Below, piece by piece: positions 1 to 12,703 of a stretch of 64,000 bases of DNA. Every line of letters begins with the position of its first letter. Position 1 is the first letter of the stretch. The translations under genes were made by a program, and so were the position numbers. Below the pieces are notes generated by a model. That model made no database searches and had not been told where the DNA came from. It saw only the letters and a list, made by a program, of their open reading frames with translations. The DNA lies in contig JAQGDQ010000189.1 of NCBI GenBank assembly GCA_030141605.1, positions 124,001-188,000 of the forward strand, given 5' to 3'. Source of the DNA: Tubiluchus corallicola (taxonomy: Eukaryota; Animalia; Priapulida).

Positions 1-154
1 TGCAGCTAACAAAAGATGAGACTTCAATTAATGCAATTAAATGTACAATTTTTTATAGACATTGTCAGTTTTGTCACATACGCAGGAGCGTAGGACTGAA
101 TCAAACGCTTGCTTTGAGCCTCTAAGTTACCCTGTACACGATTTCTAAAAGAAA

Positions 155-231
155 ATGGCTGCGCGCGTGAAAGTATTTTTGCTTTTTCCTAAAAGATGTT
201 TGAACGTTCGTGGAATTTGTTCACTTTGTTT
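155..231 (+). CDS. MRPS31: MRPS31 coding exon 1 ([25 protein letters not shown], mitochondrial presequence-like)
   Basis: AAAATGGCTGC start context. Donor GTATGA at 232 chosen because it gives the phase needed for exon 2; exact donor is inferred. Confidence 0.6.
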
Positions 232-3200
232 GTATGAACCGAATAAAATGTGTGTATTTACCTCGTTTATTTGTTTATTTTTGGACTGTAGAACAGTAAA
301 ATTATTAATTCAGATAATTGTTTGCGAAGTTTTAGAGAGCTTACTCCAAGTAAATTATTGTTGTGCGTTTAATGCAGTAGCCCATATTTTTACGGGGTTT
401 TCAGGATCTTGAAAGAGTGGTCGTGGGACGCAATGCAACGTTATGTCAAACTTATGTAATTTTATTTAGTATATTTTAGTATCAACTTTCTTTTCCAGTT
501 TGTTCGTACGCAATGGACAGCTATTGTCTAGTCATAGCACTCTATTTGCCCGAGGTGCTAATGATAATACAAACAGCAACAACAAAACCAAGTCGGATAC
601 GGTTGATACAGATGGTAAAGTTTGCATCATTGTTTTTTAGAACTTTTTCTACATGGATTTCCAATTAATTTCTGCAAGATATCAGTTTTTATTTTTCTTG
701 ATTACTGCCTGGTGTAATACTTTTCACAGTTTTGTTGTGCGCGTGCGCAGTTGCTGCAGGTCAAAGGTTAAGCGTAGCACAGCAACATGTCTTAACTACA
801 ACTGTCACACGACATGTAGATAAAGCAAAGCTGTCTGCCGCATCAGTTCAGTAACTTCAGTTGCTTTACATGGACTTTACTTAATTATGCATAGCTGTCT
901 GCCACATCAGTTCAGTAACTTCAGCTGTTTTACGCGGACTTTACTTAATTATGCATTAGTCCACGCATAGAGTGATTTGTTAACAGGATCGTTCTTAATA
1001 AATGAATAAAAAAATGAGCTCGGTAAGGTTCTAGCTAGCCGTTAAAACTGTTACTGTTATAATAGCTAGGGCTGTGAAGCATTGTCAAGTGTACACAAAT
1101 GTGTTGTCTGGTACACTTAACCTTTGATCTTTTCACGATCATCATCAGTCGCTGAAACTATTAAAAGGCTTATTATTATGAATGAAAAATTTATATTGCG
1201 TAGTGCACTTCATCATTTAAAATTTCGGCACCCTGAACAATAAAATACACTTAAAGTTCGAAAGATACGTTCGTTAAAAATTAAATTACACCAAAAAAAT
1301 GAAAATTAATGCACGATAAAAGGTACAATCTAAAAGTGCTCTCTTGAGAATACACTCATCTGTAGGAATTAACTTTCAAAGTTTCTATAGATAATAAAGT
1401 AACGCTGGTATGCGAACATTTCGAACAATGGTGGGTGCAAAATACAAGTGATGCATTAGAAATTCTCAAGTTTGTTAAAATGTTTGGAACTTTTCCGTAT
1501 AAAAAAATTCCTATGTTTAAAGAAGATCATTTTAATAGTAAAATATTATATTTAGTGTACTTTTTTTTAATTAATTTATTTCACTGCAGCAATACATCAA
1601 CATACAATATTATTGAAAAAAAAAGAAACAGTATAGGTAATAAAACGTTGATGAAGTCAAATTAACCAAATAAAAGAGTTGCTGTATGACACCTTGAAAG
1701 CTTGGCTTGTAAAGGTGGCTCAAATGAGTGAATGAAAGAATGGTTAGGATCAGAAGAAATCATGAAATGGAAAAAATAGTAAGATTAGGTATAGGAAGAA
1801 GGAAGAGAGGAGACGAAACGACCACAGTATATGTTTAATTTACATAGAGGTATATTAGAATAGCATTATAATTGATTGGAGGCCATATATTGCGACTGCA
1901 TGAGACATGGAAGCATTAAAATTGTATTATAAGTATGAATGAAAAATGGTCCTTTTCAAGTCTTTTTGAAACTATAAATAGTTTTGTGTATTTTTGCTTG
2001 GGCATTCATTTTGGTGTACTCAAAGCAAATTGGATTTTAATCGTACAGTGAGCTGTTTTAATTACATGTATAAGGTGAAGAACTATGCAGGTGCCAAGCT
2101 TCGGATGCTAGAAAAAGTTGAAAATCGTTTGTTATCTTCGAAACATATATTCTAATGATTTGCTGACCAACCAAAATTGCCACAGTGTAGTCAATGCGGG
2201 TTACTGATTACAACTAATTGGATTCATTAACAGTCAATTGGTGTTTGTATTTGTTTATTGTTATTTTAAATGTCTTGGTTTTTGTAATTTGTAAAGTGTG
2301 CTTTGTGTTATATAAAATGTTAAATAAAAAACAGTTTCTGTATATTTCTGTATAATATCCAAAGCACATATGTGTTCTTGCAAACCAAAACTGTCCATAC
2401 GTCGGGATAAACTTACGTTATTATTCTTCAACGCCAAAAATTTGGTCAAATATCATTTCTTTGTTTTTTATAAAAATCAACACTAAATATATTGGATTTT
2501 TATATTCTAGCATCAAATTATCAAGAAAATGTTCAAGAAAAAGTAAAAATTTAATTTTATAACCCCGTATCCACTTTTCTGGTTAGAAGCTAGTACTGCA
2601 ATTGTAAAAAAAATTTCAAACTCCAACAGTAACTTGTGGAAGCAGTCATTTTGCTTCGAGTTTTTTCTATTGCCAAGCCCAGATCTTCGTCGGGAAGAGC
2701 CATCTATTGGATTTAAACATAACATCAACATGGCTTACTTTAACAGTAATTTTCTTGAAATTATGTTTTTCAGTGTGCAGCCAGCACCTCAACTTCAACG
2801 TGAATGATCTCAGCTTAGAAATAACATAGAGTGATGAGCTTGGTATCAAAATGATCCTCATGAAATGGAGATTCAGGATATGTGAATAACTAGAAAAGCT
2901 TAATTGCTGACTTATGGACAATTTTGCTATGAAAGTGCACATAATGCGCTAAAAAAGACATGCAGATTACATGAATGCTAGTGCATTATTTCCCTATGGA
3001 TAATGTGCATTGTTCTGTTCAATTTTGTCTCTTCTTTTTAGAAAAAGAAAATGAAATGCCATCACCGTCTGCATCTGAAACTGTCAAACACATCCTGTCT
3101 GGTATGAAAGCGGAGAGTGAAACGGCAACGACAACCATCAGCTTAAAGTTGGCTAAACCTGAGCCCCGAACAAGAGCAGCAAAAATAAGAGCCGGTATCG

Positions 3201-6200
3201 AAGGGAAAAAGGAACCACCGTTACCGTGAGTCAGTTGCTTTGCATACGGTTGATATCGTTCATATAATGTCTTCATTTAGTAGTGCTGTGTTGCCAGCTT
3301 ACATGTATGCAACATTGCCGATATTCACCGTTTCCCGTATGCTTTCTCGTTTTTGTGATCACTCTAAGCCATTTCAGATGGTACACAGGTTATACAGACT
3401 AGGGTATGGCATATGGGAAAGTTTCAAGATGCATGAAAAACTGATTGCATTACCTTTTTAAAAAATAATAATGGTAAATTTTTCTAGAAATTCGTGCTGC
3501 TTTGTTTTCATCTGTAGATGCCATTTTAGTGTAAGTGTGGTGCAAATTAGCATAAAAATCGTTTTTGGTATAAATGAATCATCCATTCAGGTATGGATGA
3601 TCAGAAACCAAAGAGAAAAAGTGCCTAGGCGGCCCCAAAACCCCCGGCCTGTTTCAGAGTTTTTTGCAGTTTGTCATTCTCATCCCTGGTTGCTAAGATG
3701 CTTTCAATTACTGCACGATAAAAACTCTCCATAATGCTAACGATTTTTATGTTTTCAGGAAGGATCCACGGTTAGATAAAGAAATTATAAAAGCTACAAG
3801 AACAGTGGCGGAAAGTTTGTCAGGTGACAGCAGCGAAACGGAATCTGAGCTGCTGCAGAAGCTGAGAGAACAAGCGGAGCAAACGGAAGCTGCAAGATCT
3901 GGAGTGGATTTAAGGTATCACATCCTGTAGATGCCAAAGACTTTTATAGAATCAGTTGTTTAATTGACTCAAAAACTATCTGTCTTGTACATGAAGCTTC
4001 TATTCAGATGTATGTAAAAACTTTCGGTAATTTAATCAAATAGCTTCGCATAATTGACTCAATATTTTTCCTTCACGTACTTAAAATCAGACACTTGTGT
4101 ATGACGAAAGAGCATTTACTGCTTTTATGTCGTCTTTACATCGATTTTGTGCACTATAATACACGTAGAAGCAGTCATGTTAAGTTCCGTTTTGTTTTTA
4201 AACAGGTTCGAAACGTTTATCGTGCCTTAATACGCTAGTATAGTCCTCGTTTCTTTGACTCACGGTTAATAGAATCAGTTGCCTAAATAGCTCAAAAATG
4301 TCTGGAATGGGACACTCCTATTCAAATGTACATAAAACCACCAGCAAATGACTCAAATGATTCCACATAATTGACTCGACATTTTTCCTTCACATACTTA
4401 AAATAAGACATTTGCATGTGATCAAAGAGCTTTTACTGCTTTTATGTCATCTTTGCATCGATTTTGTGCACTATAATACACGTAGAAACAGTCATGTTAG
4501 GTACAGATTTGTTTATAAGCAGTACAGTATGTTTATCATATGTGCTAACATGCTAGCCTAGCAGTTTTGCTTTGAATCTGTCACCTGCTTGTCCACTGCA
4601 ATTAACCTCATTGTTTCTGGAAGCTAAGCATTTAATCATTTGACCAGCGGTTTGCTTTTGAAGTTCCCGCTGCTTGTCACAGGCGAAACAAGGTCATCGC
4701 CAACTGCAGCTCAAGCACTAGGTGACTAGGTGTTTTGCATGAATATGTGCAGCATACTGTAATAGATGTTTTTATCATTGTGAGAATTTCGTAAACCAAT
4801 TTCTTTATGAGGAAATGATGCCACTGACCTCGCACGAAATTTTGTAATTTTTTGCGTTAATCAGATTTGTGCGATTCTTTATTTTATTTTTATAATAATT
4901 CACTAATACAAATTAATATTCTTAATTAATTGCACATAGGAATTTTGACATTAATTTGCCTCTGAAATTTATTTTCAACCTTTGCAATGCATACTAATGT
5001 GACGAGTGATGGTCATACTTCTATATTAATAGATTACATTTGTCGGCTAATTGAATTGGTCGGTTAATTTCGTCAAAACACTTCCATCCCAAAGTGAGTT
5101 TATTAAGCGGGTGCCTTCTAGATTTTGTTATCATGTTTGCTTCCGGTTGAACGGGAATGTAGACGTTTGTAAGATAGATCAGAGGTCGCATAAACAATAA
5201 GATGTTAAACGTTATTGTTATGACCCGGTCACTGAACTGAACTCACGGCCTCCCAGATGGAAAGCGGACGTGTCACTACTGGACTAAACCGTCTGATCGA
5301 CAAATGACAAACATTAATATTAGATGTCAAACGTTAATGTTAAATGATAAACATTAATATTAGATGTCAAACGTTAATGTTAAATGTTAAATATTTAAGT
5401 TAAATGTTAAGCGTTAATGTTAAATGATAAACATTAATATTAACCCTTTCAATCCTAAATTATTTTTTAACAAGAAAAAATTTTTTGGCTTGGTACTTTT
5501 GTTCAGTATGTCCATCTTGTTTACACATAATAATTATTTTTCCTACTTATGCTCGCGTGCTAAATATAGCCTGTATCCCACGGGATACATTGGAATTCAA
5601 TGGAAGCATCAAATGTGCTTCATTTTGCAACTGCTGATAATTTTTTAAAGTATTTAAGACATTTAGTATGCACGCTATGCTGATCTGTACAAAGTCGTCT
5701 CTAAAGTACTGTACCTTGCGCAGTTTTTCTGCTATGTAGATTTTCTAGTTTGCCATTTTATCACCATTTTTAGACTATTGTTATTAGATTAAATCAAAAT
5801 AACTATTAACAGATCAAATAACTGTCAGTATTAAAATTTTATTAACTTTAAAGGCAGAAAATATTCTCGTATCCCACGGGATACAACGGGTATGAAAGGG
5901 TTAAATGTTAAACGTTAATGCTAAATGTTAAACGTTAATGTTAAATTTTAAACATTAATGTTAAATGCTAAACATTAATGTTAAATGTTAGATGTTAAAC
6001 GTTAATGTTAAATGGTAAACGTTAATGTTAAATGTTAATGCTAAATGTTAAACATTAATGTTAATGTTAAGCGTTAATGTTAAACGTTAATTTTAAATGT
6101 TAAAAGTTAATGTTAAACGTTAAAAGTTAATGCGAAACGTTAAATGTTAAATGATAAACGTTAACGTTAAATGTTAAAAATTAACATTAAATGGTAAACA

Positions 6201-9200
6201 TTGACATTAAATATTAAACATTGAACAATAAGATATTAAACAACTTCTGCCGTTGACTCCTGGATTCCAAGTTGCAGAACTCCAAACGGTGTAAAAAATT
6301 ACATCTTATATAGTTGATTGTTATTCTCTTTCCCAGTTCACTGTTCATCGGTATGCAAATTGAAAGAAATTTGGAAGCCAAACAGGCCAAGCGGTCTCCG
6401 AGGAGAATGAAGAGACGTACAGAAGCCGAGGACGTACAGCATGAACAATCAGTAAGAGCGCAGCTTGAACGAGAGAGAATTCGAGAAAGAAGACCTGTTA
6501 GGGCTAGTCTGTAAGTGATTTCTCTTTTTATAAATTTCTAAATTGTTTTTAACTGCTGAAGCAATTTTTGTAGCTGTATTTTAATTTTAAGAAGTAAATT
6601 AATTATTCAGGAAACAAGAAAATACTCTTGGCTAAATGCCTGCTTGCCTACTGCTTGACTGCTTACACAGCTTGTGCTAGAGTTAGAATTGTGTAAACCC
6701 GTAAATTTAAACAACTATAATGACCGTTAGTACAGCTATTTTAGCGGTAAGTCATCTGAAACAAGTTTGGATAAATGTTGTGTTTTATTTCTCTCGGAAG
6801 GCTCGTAGAGAAAACCAGAAAACACGTCATCAAATTAAACTAGTTTATTAAGCGAGAATTCTACAACACAAAAGTATGAAGGAACGTGAAATGATTACAC
6901 TAAACATGAAATCTGGAAAACATTTAAGTGTATCTGAAAATACAAGTATACAAGAGAATGTGTAAGTGGCATCCGTGTGATTCTGCGTATGACTGTCAGC
7001 GGCCTGTTTTGCCTTATATAGGGTGCCAGGGCACATTCTACAAGGTAAGACGATTATTCTAATGGAACATTCTACAATGTTCTACTTAATTCTAATAGAT
7101 GCCAGCGATCTCAACAACAATAACATTGAGCAGAGTTTGAAAAAATAATCAGAGCATTCGAAGCACACTTGTAAATTTAAACAGCTACGATGACCATTAG
7201 TACAGCCATTTTAGCGGTAAGTCATTTGAAACAAGTTTGGATAACATTAAGCAGAATTTGGAAAAATTTGAAAGAGTTCAAAGCACACTATTCACTAACT
7301 AAGCAAAAGTTTCAATCACTTTACGTTTTTGTGTCGGAAAGAGTTTACAATTCCCCGCTCAATTTAAATACTCTGATCGTACATCCAGCCCTAATCCTAA
7401 CCATACCTTAACCCAACCCTAATCCTAATCCTAACCCCTAATCCTAATCTTACTCCACTTCACAAACTAATTTCTTGTGTGTGGGGAATTGTAAACTTTA
7501 GCCACGATGTCAGAAAGATCAGCAGTTTCTTTTGGTGAGCCAGTGGTGCACCCTGGGTAGGGTGATGCAGGGAAATTTTATCGTTAGTGCGAACATTATT
7601 AATTATTAAAAGTGTTCTTTCCCAATTACATATTAATACAGTCATACCTCGGTTTTCGACCATAATTCGTTCCTAAAAAATGTTCGAAAACCGATTTGGT
7701 TGAGAACCGAATCATTTATTCTCATAAGAAATAATGTAAAAGCAATTAATCCGTTCTCAAGCACCAAATGAACTGTAAAGTATTACTAAAACGAAATATA
7801 ATAATGCAAAAATGCTTATTCAAACAGTAGATGTGATATAATTGATAAGAAAAACATAATAGAATTACTTTGAAAGAAAAACATAATCATTCCTGCATGA
7901 AAAAACCTTACGTGTTGGTAGCAGTGTGATGGTATACGTAGGCAAGAGCAGAAACACGTGTCACTACTCTCGGGCGCGGTCGGTTACGCTCGGCTCGGCT
8001 CGCCGCGCATGTGTTCATCGCGTGTTCGGCGGTTGGTCGAGTACCGAAATTCTGATCGAGAGCGGAGACAATTTCAACTTGAATTTTCTGGTCGAAAACC
8101 GATTTGTAGGAGTACGGAGACGTTCGAAAATCGAGGTATGACTGTACTAAAGCTTAATGCCGAGTTATATAACTTTGTATGGAAAACTTTTTTGTAACAT
8201 ACTTTAAAATATCTGTTTTCTACAAGGTTAAAAATCCAATGACTTGTTTATTTGTATGAAATGACTCTTTGTTTACTGTTCGTTTTTCTAATATCTTTTA
8301 GGTCTGAAAACATGCCACAGAGAGTAAATTTATTCGAAGGAAAGCCTCTTGATATTTTTCCAGCACAGCCTGCGCAGTCGGATCAAGGTTTGTGTGTAAC
8401 GTGTGTTAGTGGAAGAAAAAATAGACAAACACAAACTCACACCGAGTACAATTTTTCTTTATAGGAAAACAGAAAGGTCGATTAGACCAAATCTCATTTT
8501 AATTTACTGTTCAAATATACATTTTCTTGCTTATAAAAGTTAGCAATTCTTTGTAATATTTGAATAATTACCTCGGAAAGTTAATTAACGACAACTGAAC
8601 ACAGCTATTGCTTACGTCACAAACTAACCACAGTTTGTGCAATGGTAGGCATCTTGCATGTGTACCAAACACGTTTGCATAAATGAAGACTCCTATAAGA
8701 CTCTGATATGATGTCACGAAAATGAGCTCTACGTCACACTGATGTCGCAGACGAACACTGTTGTTCTTAATCATGCTTATCATGGTAGCCCGCCTGTTTG
8801 TCAGACATGCGAATGTGACAAAAAGGCGACATGACAACATTTCCAATCTTTGCGGATTTGCAGAGCTGTGGGCAGCTTTGAGAGTTTAACAAATTTAACT
8901 GTCCGAGGTAATTATTATTTAAGCTAACCTCTGAGTTTGAAAACTGTTGAAGTTTTCAATATTTTACCGCTTACTTTATTTTGGACTAATGTTTACACAA
9001 TTGTTCAATTTTGCTTTAAAGCACAAGAAAACCCTTCATAAACATAAAGCTTAAAAAATTCGATTTGAAATTTTATATCACTTACATACTGCCTTTTTGC
9101 ATACAGGATTTCAATCGGCAGTCATGCTGTATAAAACGTGTAAATTTAAACTCTCGCGATGACCGTTAGACGCAGCCATTTTCACGATAGGTCATTTGAA

Positions 9201-12200
9201 ACAAGTTTAGATAACATTTTTTAAAGTTTGAAAAAATAATCAGAGCATTCGTAGCGCTCAAGTCACTAACTAAGTAAAATTTGGTAAATTTTAGTAAAAT
9301 TAGTAAAAGTCACTAATTACTGTATCTTAAATTACTGTACTGTATCTTTAATGTGTCTTACTGTATCTTACTGATATCTTACTGTATCATTATCTTTAAA
9401 TTTTACTTAGTTAGTGACTTGTGCGCTACGAATGCTCTGATTATTTTTTCAATCTTTACAAAATGTCAATCAGATTAAAAATGTGTTTTTGGTTATGGAG
9501 TGGTGCACCTTGGAGGGTGAGTCAGCGACATTTTAAATAATTAATAATTTTCTTTTCTAGTTACATAAGTCTTTCTAGTAGGTAAGCGAAAATCTAAGTA
9601 ATATAGATTTGCACGAAAGTCTTTTGAGACATAATTTAACATTGCCTTTTCTTCCCTTGATTTACGTTTGATACATGACGTCATGTAATGGCGTCTTCGG
9701 AACAGTATTGCGGGAGATTTAAAATGAAAACAAACTAAAATTCCTTTCAGTGCGAGTAAGATATGCGCATAAAATTGCTATAAAGTAATATAATTTTTTA
9801 AGGCAATTTTTCTGAAACCTACTTTTGGTACCCCTTTTCTTGTCCTTTAATATTATAATTTTATGGCTGTTAGATAGACACAATAACAAATTTAGATGGT
9901 TCGTGTGGTGCTCACACGAAAGCTTGTGCAGACCACCAACTCCGTCTCACAACTGTTCAGAACTTTTTCTGCATTAAAAAACTAACAAAATACAATTACT
10001 AAGATTTTTCAGTAATAAGTTTCTGGCAGTCTACTCTCGCCATCTATTAAAGGTATTATTGAACTAGTAGAAACAAACTGCAGCGAGCTCGCTTGCCTAG
10101 CTATGACACCGTTTCAATCGATTTGAGGCTATAATCAGAGGCTGTAGATTGTGTCTAACTCTTCAGTCGTTCCAGATGATAAAGATCTCACTGTGGAGTG
10201 GAGTATTTGGCAAACGGCCGACAACCAAGAACTGAAGAACCTTGTGATTCATCCTCCGACTAATGCGTTTGAGGAGATGGCACTGTGGACAGAACAGGGG
10301 AAACTGTGGCCTTTTCCAATCGATAATGAAATGGGTAATATGAGTTGTTCCTTGTTTACATTTATAACGAATCAGTTAAATTACTGGCTGGCTATCACAG
10401 TTCTAGCGATTGATGGTCATCGTGAAAAAGGTCAAAGGTTAAGTGTACCAGACAATGCACTTGTGTACATTTGACAACACCTTGCAGCCTAAGCTATTGT
10501 AATAGTAACAGCTTTAACAGCTAGCTAGAACCTTACCTGGTTCATTTTTTCTTGTTTCCAAGCAAGATCCTACTAGTAAATCGCTCTGCGCACAGACTAA
10601 TGCATAATTAAGTAAAGTCCACATAAAACAATTGCGGTTACTGAACTGATGTGGCAGACAGCTTTGTTTATACATATGTCATGTGACAGCTGTCGTTGAG
10701 ATCACTGCTGTGGTACACCGAACCTTTGACCTGCGCAACTGAGCGTGTTCACAACGAAACTGTGAAAACGCTTATTGACGGTTCGTCATCATTGCCATCA
10801 TCATTGTGATGATTCACTAGTGTAAAACTAATATGTCACACTTTATCTTGGGTCGTTTAAGCCTTGGGGTTTCAAACATAAAGCCCGGTTCACTTCTATG
10901 CCATGCATGTGAGCAACTAAACAAGAAACTATTCTAATGCAATGCTGTGGTTCAGAAATATACAGACAGAGTTTGCAAATTAATTGTTTGTCAGGATAAC
11001 CATCATCATCATCATCATAACCATTATCATTTATATTATATTACTTGTATATACTGGTGCTGCATCTATAATGTGCTGACTAATTTTGCACACTGAAAAG
11101 AATGGCTTCTATAAGCAGATAAAAGAGTTAATTCTCATTTCCAGATGGGCCAGAATCCCAGAGATGAGTTTTTTACTTCGTATTTGATTGTTATTCCTTT
11201 AAAGGATAAATAGCGTATGTCGTTTCAATGTGTAATTTTGGGTTAGTTTATAGTTTATAGTATATATTTAATAGTTTTGTAGTTTATATACTATAAAACT
11301 ATATGATTAATATACTATGATATATAAACTAATCCATAATTTTATATTCGAATTCTTTACTTCAGAATATGTTAATGAAGGCTTCGTCACTTATTGATGC
11401 TGACCAGTGATGTGACAGTTAGCTAATTTTTAAGCTCTCAGCTAAATCAACCACTCTCACCATCAGCTATAAGCTACAGGCACTTAAAATTCAGTCACTT
11501 TCAGCTAATTTTGGTTCTAAACTATCGGTTATTACGTAGCAACAACTAGCACATAGTTAACTAAAATTTGCATTTTTTAATACCGTATATAAGTGTGTAC
11601 AAGTCGTCCTTATGTACAAGTCGATGTGCATTTTAAGACCAAAAATCTCATCATTTTATATATTACCTGTGTACAAGTCGACCATAAAATATTAAGATCC
11701 TCCGGAGTAAACGATGTCAACAATGGCCGAGTAATAAAGCTATAAGCTACAGGGACTTATAATTCAGCCACTTTCGGCTAATTTTGGTTCTTGAGGTCAT
11801 ATGTTACAGGGACTTATAATTCAGCCACTTTCGGCTAATTTTGGTTCTTGAAGTCATATGGTACATGAGTTTATTGTTATTTAATCTAAGCTTTGATTTT
11901 AAAAAGCTTTCATTGTTTTCAATGTTTTAGAGCACACTTTATTTTGAACTAATGTCTACACAATCGTCCAGTTTTCCTTTAAACTTACATTTGTCTGTTA
12001 CACTCAAGTCATGAACTTCACGTTTGTTTCTGTTGGCAAATTTCATCTTAATTTACCAGACGGTTTATTCTAGTGGTAATGTGTCTGCTTTCTGTCTGGG
12101 AGGTCGTGAGTTCGAACCAGCGGCCAGGTCATACCAAAGACTGTAAAAATGGTACCGCTGTTGCCCTGCCTGATGCGTTGTATTTAGGGTAAAAGTGGGG

Positions 12201-12598
12201 TAATAATAGTCTCTGTAATGTAATTGTAGGTTGTTATTTACAGTCGGAGATAATAGCTCTTTGAGCTAATGTTAATTGTTGACCCAAAAGCCGACTTTAA
12301 ATAAAGATTATTATTATTATTATTTTTGTTGTTGTTATTGTTGTTATTATTATTATTATTTCTCTTTGCAGAAATAAAATTGGAAGAGAACGTGGGATTC
12401 CACGAGCACGTCTTTCTCGATCACCTGATATCCGACTTCCCTAAGCGCGGTCCCATTCGACATTTCATGGAGTTGGTCGTCACCGGTTTATCGAAGAACC
12501 CTCACTTTACCGTGGAAGAAAAGAAAGAACACATAAACTGGTTCAGAGAGTACTTTAAGGAAAAAGACGAAATTATAAAAGATGTTATGAATATGTAA
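155..12598 (+). CDS. MRPS31: Mitochondrial ribosomal protein S31 (mS31); spliced CDS join(155..231,499..614,3042..3225,3759..3914,6337..6510,8302..8387,10167..10334,12372..12598), 1188 nt = 395 aa + stop
   Basis: Family motifs: [63 protein letters not shown]...[40 protein letters not shown]. All introns are GT-AG, the phases join, and the N-terminus is a basic, presequence-like segment. Confidence 0.92.
499..614 (+). CDS. MRPS31: MRPS31 coding exon 2 ([38 protein letters not shown])
   Basis: Acceptor ctttcttttccag, donor GTAAAG at 615, open frame, phase matches exon 3. Confidence 0.65.
721..1171 (+). mobile_element. MITE family A, copy 1 (terminal IR TTTTCACAGTT...AACTGTGAAAA, nested IR GGTCAAAGGTTAAG...CTTAACCTTTGACC)
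   Basis: Alignable with five other copies in the window; contains an internal ~65-bp duplication. Confidence 0.8.
1570..2060 (-). mobile_element. CR1/L2-type LINE 3' end; near-identical shorter copies at ~30605-30780 and ~51580-51872
   Basis: Minus strand ends GTGAAATAAA plus an (ATTG)n tail in two copies; remnant ORF end TIYSFKKT; variable 5' truncation. Confidence 0.7.
2370..2940 (+). repeat. Dispersed repeat of unknown class, second copy at ~25340-26000
   Basis: Long collinear similarity, e.g. CTAGCATCAAATTATC, CTCAACTTCAACGTG, GATCCTCATGAAATGGAGATT. Confidence 0.75.
3042..3225 (+). CDS. MRPS31: MRPS31 coding exon 3
   Basis: Acceptor cttctttttag, donor GTGAGT at 3226; encodes [23 protein letters not shown]...KKEPPLP. 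Confidence 0.8.
3759..3914 (+). CDS. MRPS31: MRPS31 coding exon 4
   Basis: Acceptor gttttcag, donor GTATCA; encodes [43 protein letters not shown], a conserved mS31 block. Confidence 0.9.
3946..4560. repeat. Diverged tandem duplication, ~320-bp unit x2
   Basis: TAGAATCAGTTG...CATCGATTTTGTGCACTATAATACACGTAGAA occurs twice. Confidence 0.85.
5308..6240. repeat. Simple satellite of TTAAATG/TTAAACG/TTAATG units, split by the piggyBac-type MITE
   Basis: Read directly. Confidence 0.9.
5444..5900. mobile_element. piggyBac-type MITE, copy 1 (TTAA|CCCTTTCA...TGAAAGGG|TTAA)
   Basis: TTAA on both flanks, CCCT/AGGG termini, two internal GTATCCCACGGGATAC near-palindromes; near-identical to 49815-50270. 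Confidence 0.88.
6337..6510 (+). CDS. MRPS31: MRPS31 coding exon 5
   Basis: Acceptor ctctttcccag, donor GTAAGT at 6511; encodes [15 protein letters not shown]...RRPVRAS. Confidence 0.85.
7342..7497. mobile_element. Small MITE with TIR AGTTTACAATTCCCC enclosing a degenerate (CCTAAY)n telomere-like tract
   Basis: 17-bp near-perfect inverted repeats at 7342-7358 and 7481-7497. Confidence 0.65.
7639..8144. mobile_element. Tc1/mariner-pogo-type MITE (TA|CAGTCATACCTCGGTTTTCGA...TCGAAAATCGAGGTATGACTG|TA)
   Basis: 21-bp TIR with one mismatch, TA target duplication. Confidence 0.9.
8302..8387 (+). CDS. MRPS31: MRPS31 coding exon 6
   Basis: Acceptor tcttttag, donor GTTTGT; encodes [28 protein letters not shown]. 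Confidence 0.88.
9214..9466. repeat. Foldback hairpin: ~68-bp arms (9214-9282 and 9398-9466) around an (ACTGTATCTT)-rich spacer
   Basis: GAAAAAATAATCAGAGCATTCGTAGCGC.CAAGTCACTAACTAAGTAAAATTT and its reverse complement. Confidence 0.88.
10167..10334 (+). CDS. MRPS31: MRPS31 coding exon 7
   Basis: Acceptor ctaactcttcag (alternative in-frame CAG 9 nt downstream), donor GTAATA; encodes ...[27 protein letters not shown]. Confidence 0.92.
10395..10772 (-). mobile_element. MITE family A, copy 2 (inverted)
   Basis: Reverse-complement match to 721-1171; ends AACTGTGAAAACGCTT. Confidence 0.8.
12055..12360 (+). mobile_element. tRNA-derived SINE with (TTA/TTG)n tail, abutting the MRPS31 last-exon acceptor
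   Basis: A-box-like TAGTGGTAA, B-box GTTCGAACC, central GTCATACCAAAGACT..AAAAATGGTACC block; second full copy at 38299. Confidence 0.85.
12372..12598 (+). CDS. MRPS31: MRPS31 terminal coding exon 8
   Basis: Acceptor tctctttgcag; encodes FHEHVFLD...[31 protein letters not shown]; TAA stop. Confidence 0.93.
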
Positions 12599-12703
12599 AA
12601 TGACTGGTCATTGCAAGAATGACTATTACCATTATAGTAGATGTTGTGTTTAAAAAATGCAACATGCATCATGGTTATTGTTGTTTTTACACTAGTTGAT
12701 TAA

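Noticed and set aside
7388-7452. Interstitial telomere or chromosome-fusion scar
   Set aside because: Short, degenerate, one orientation only, and enclosed by the TIRs of a small MITE.
12055-12130. Possible tRNA gene
   Set aside because: It has A/B boxes but continues into a SINE body and tail, has a second diverged copy, and I could not fold a clean cloverleaf.
12326-12371. Poly-Leu signal peptide at the start of ORF 12326-12598
   Set aside because: It is the intronic SINE (TTA/TTG)n tail; coding sequence begins at the acceptor, 12372.
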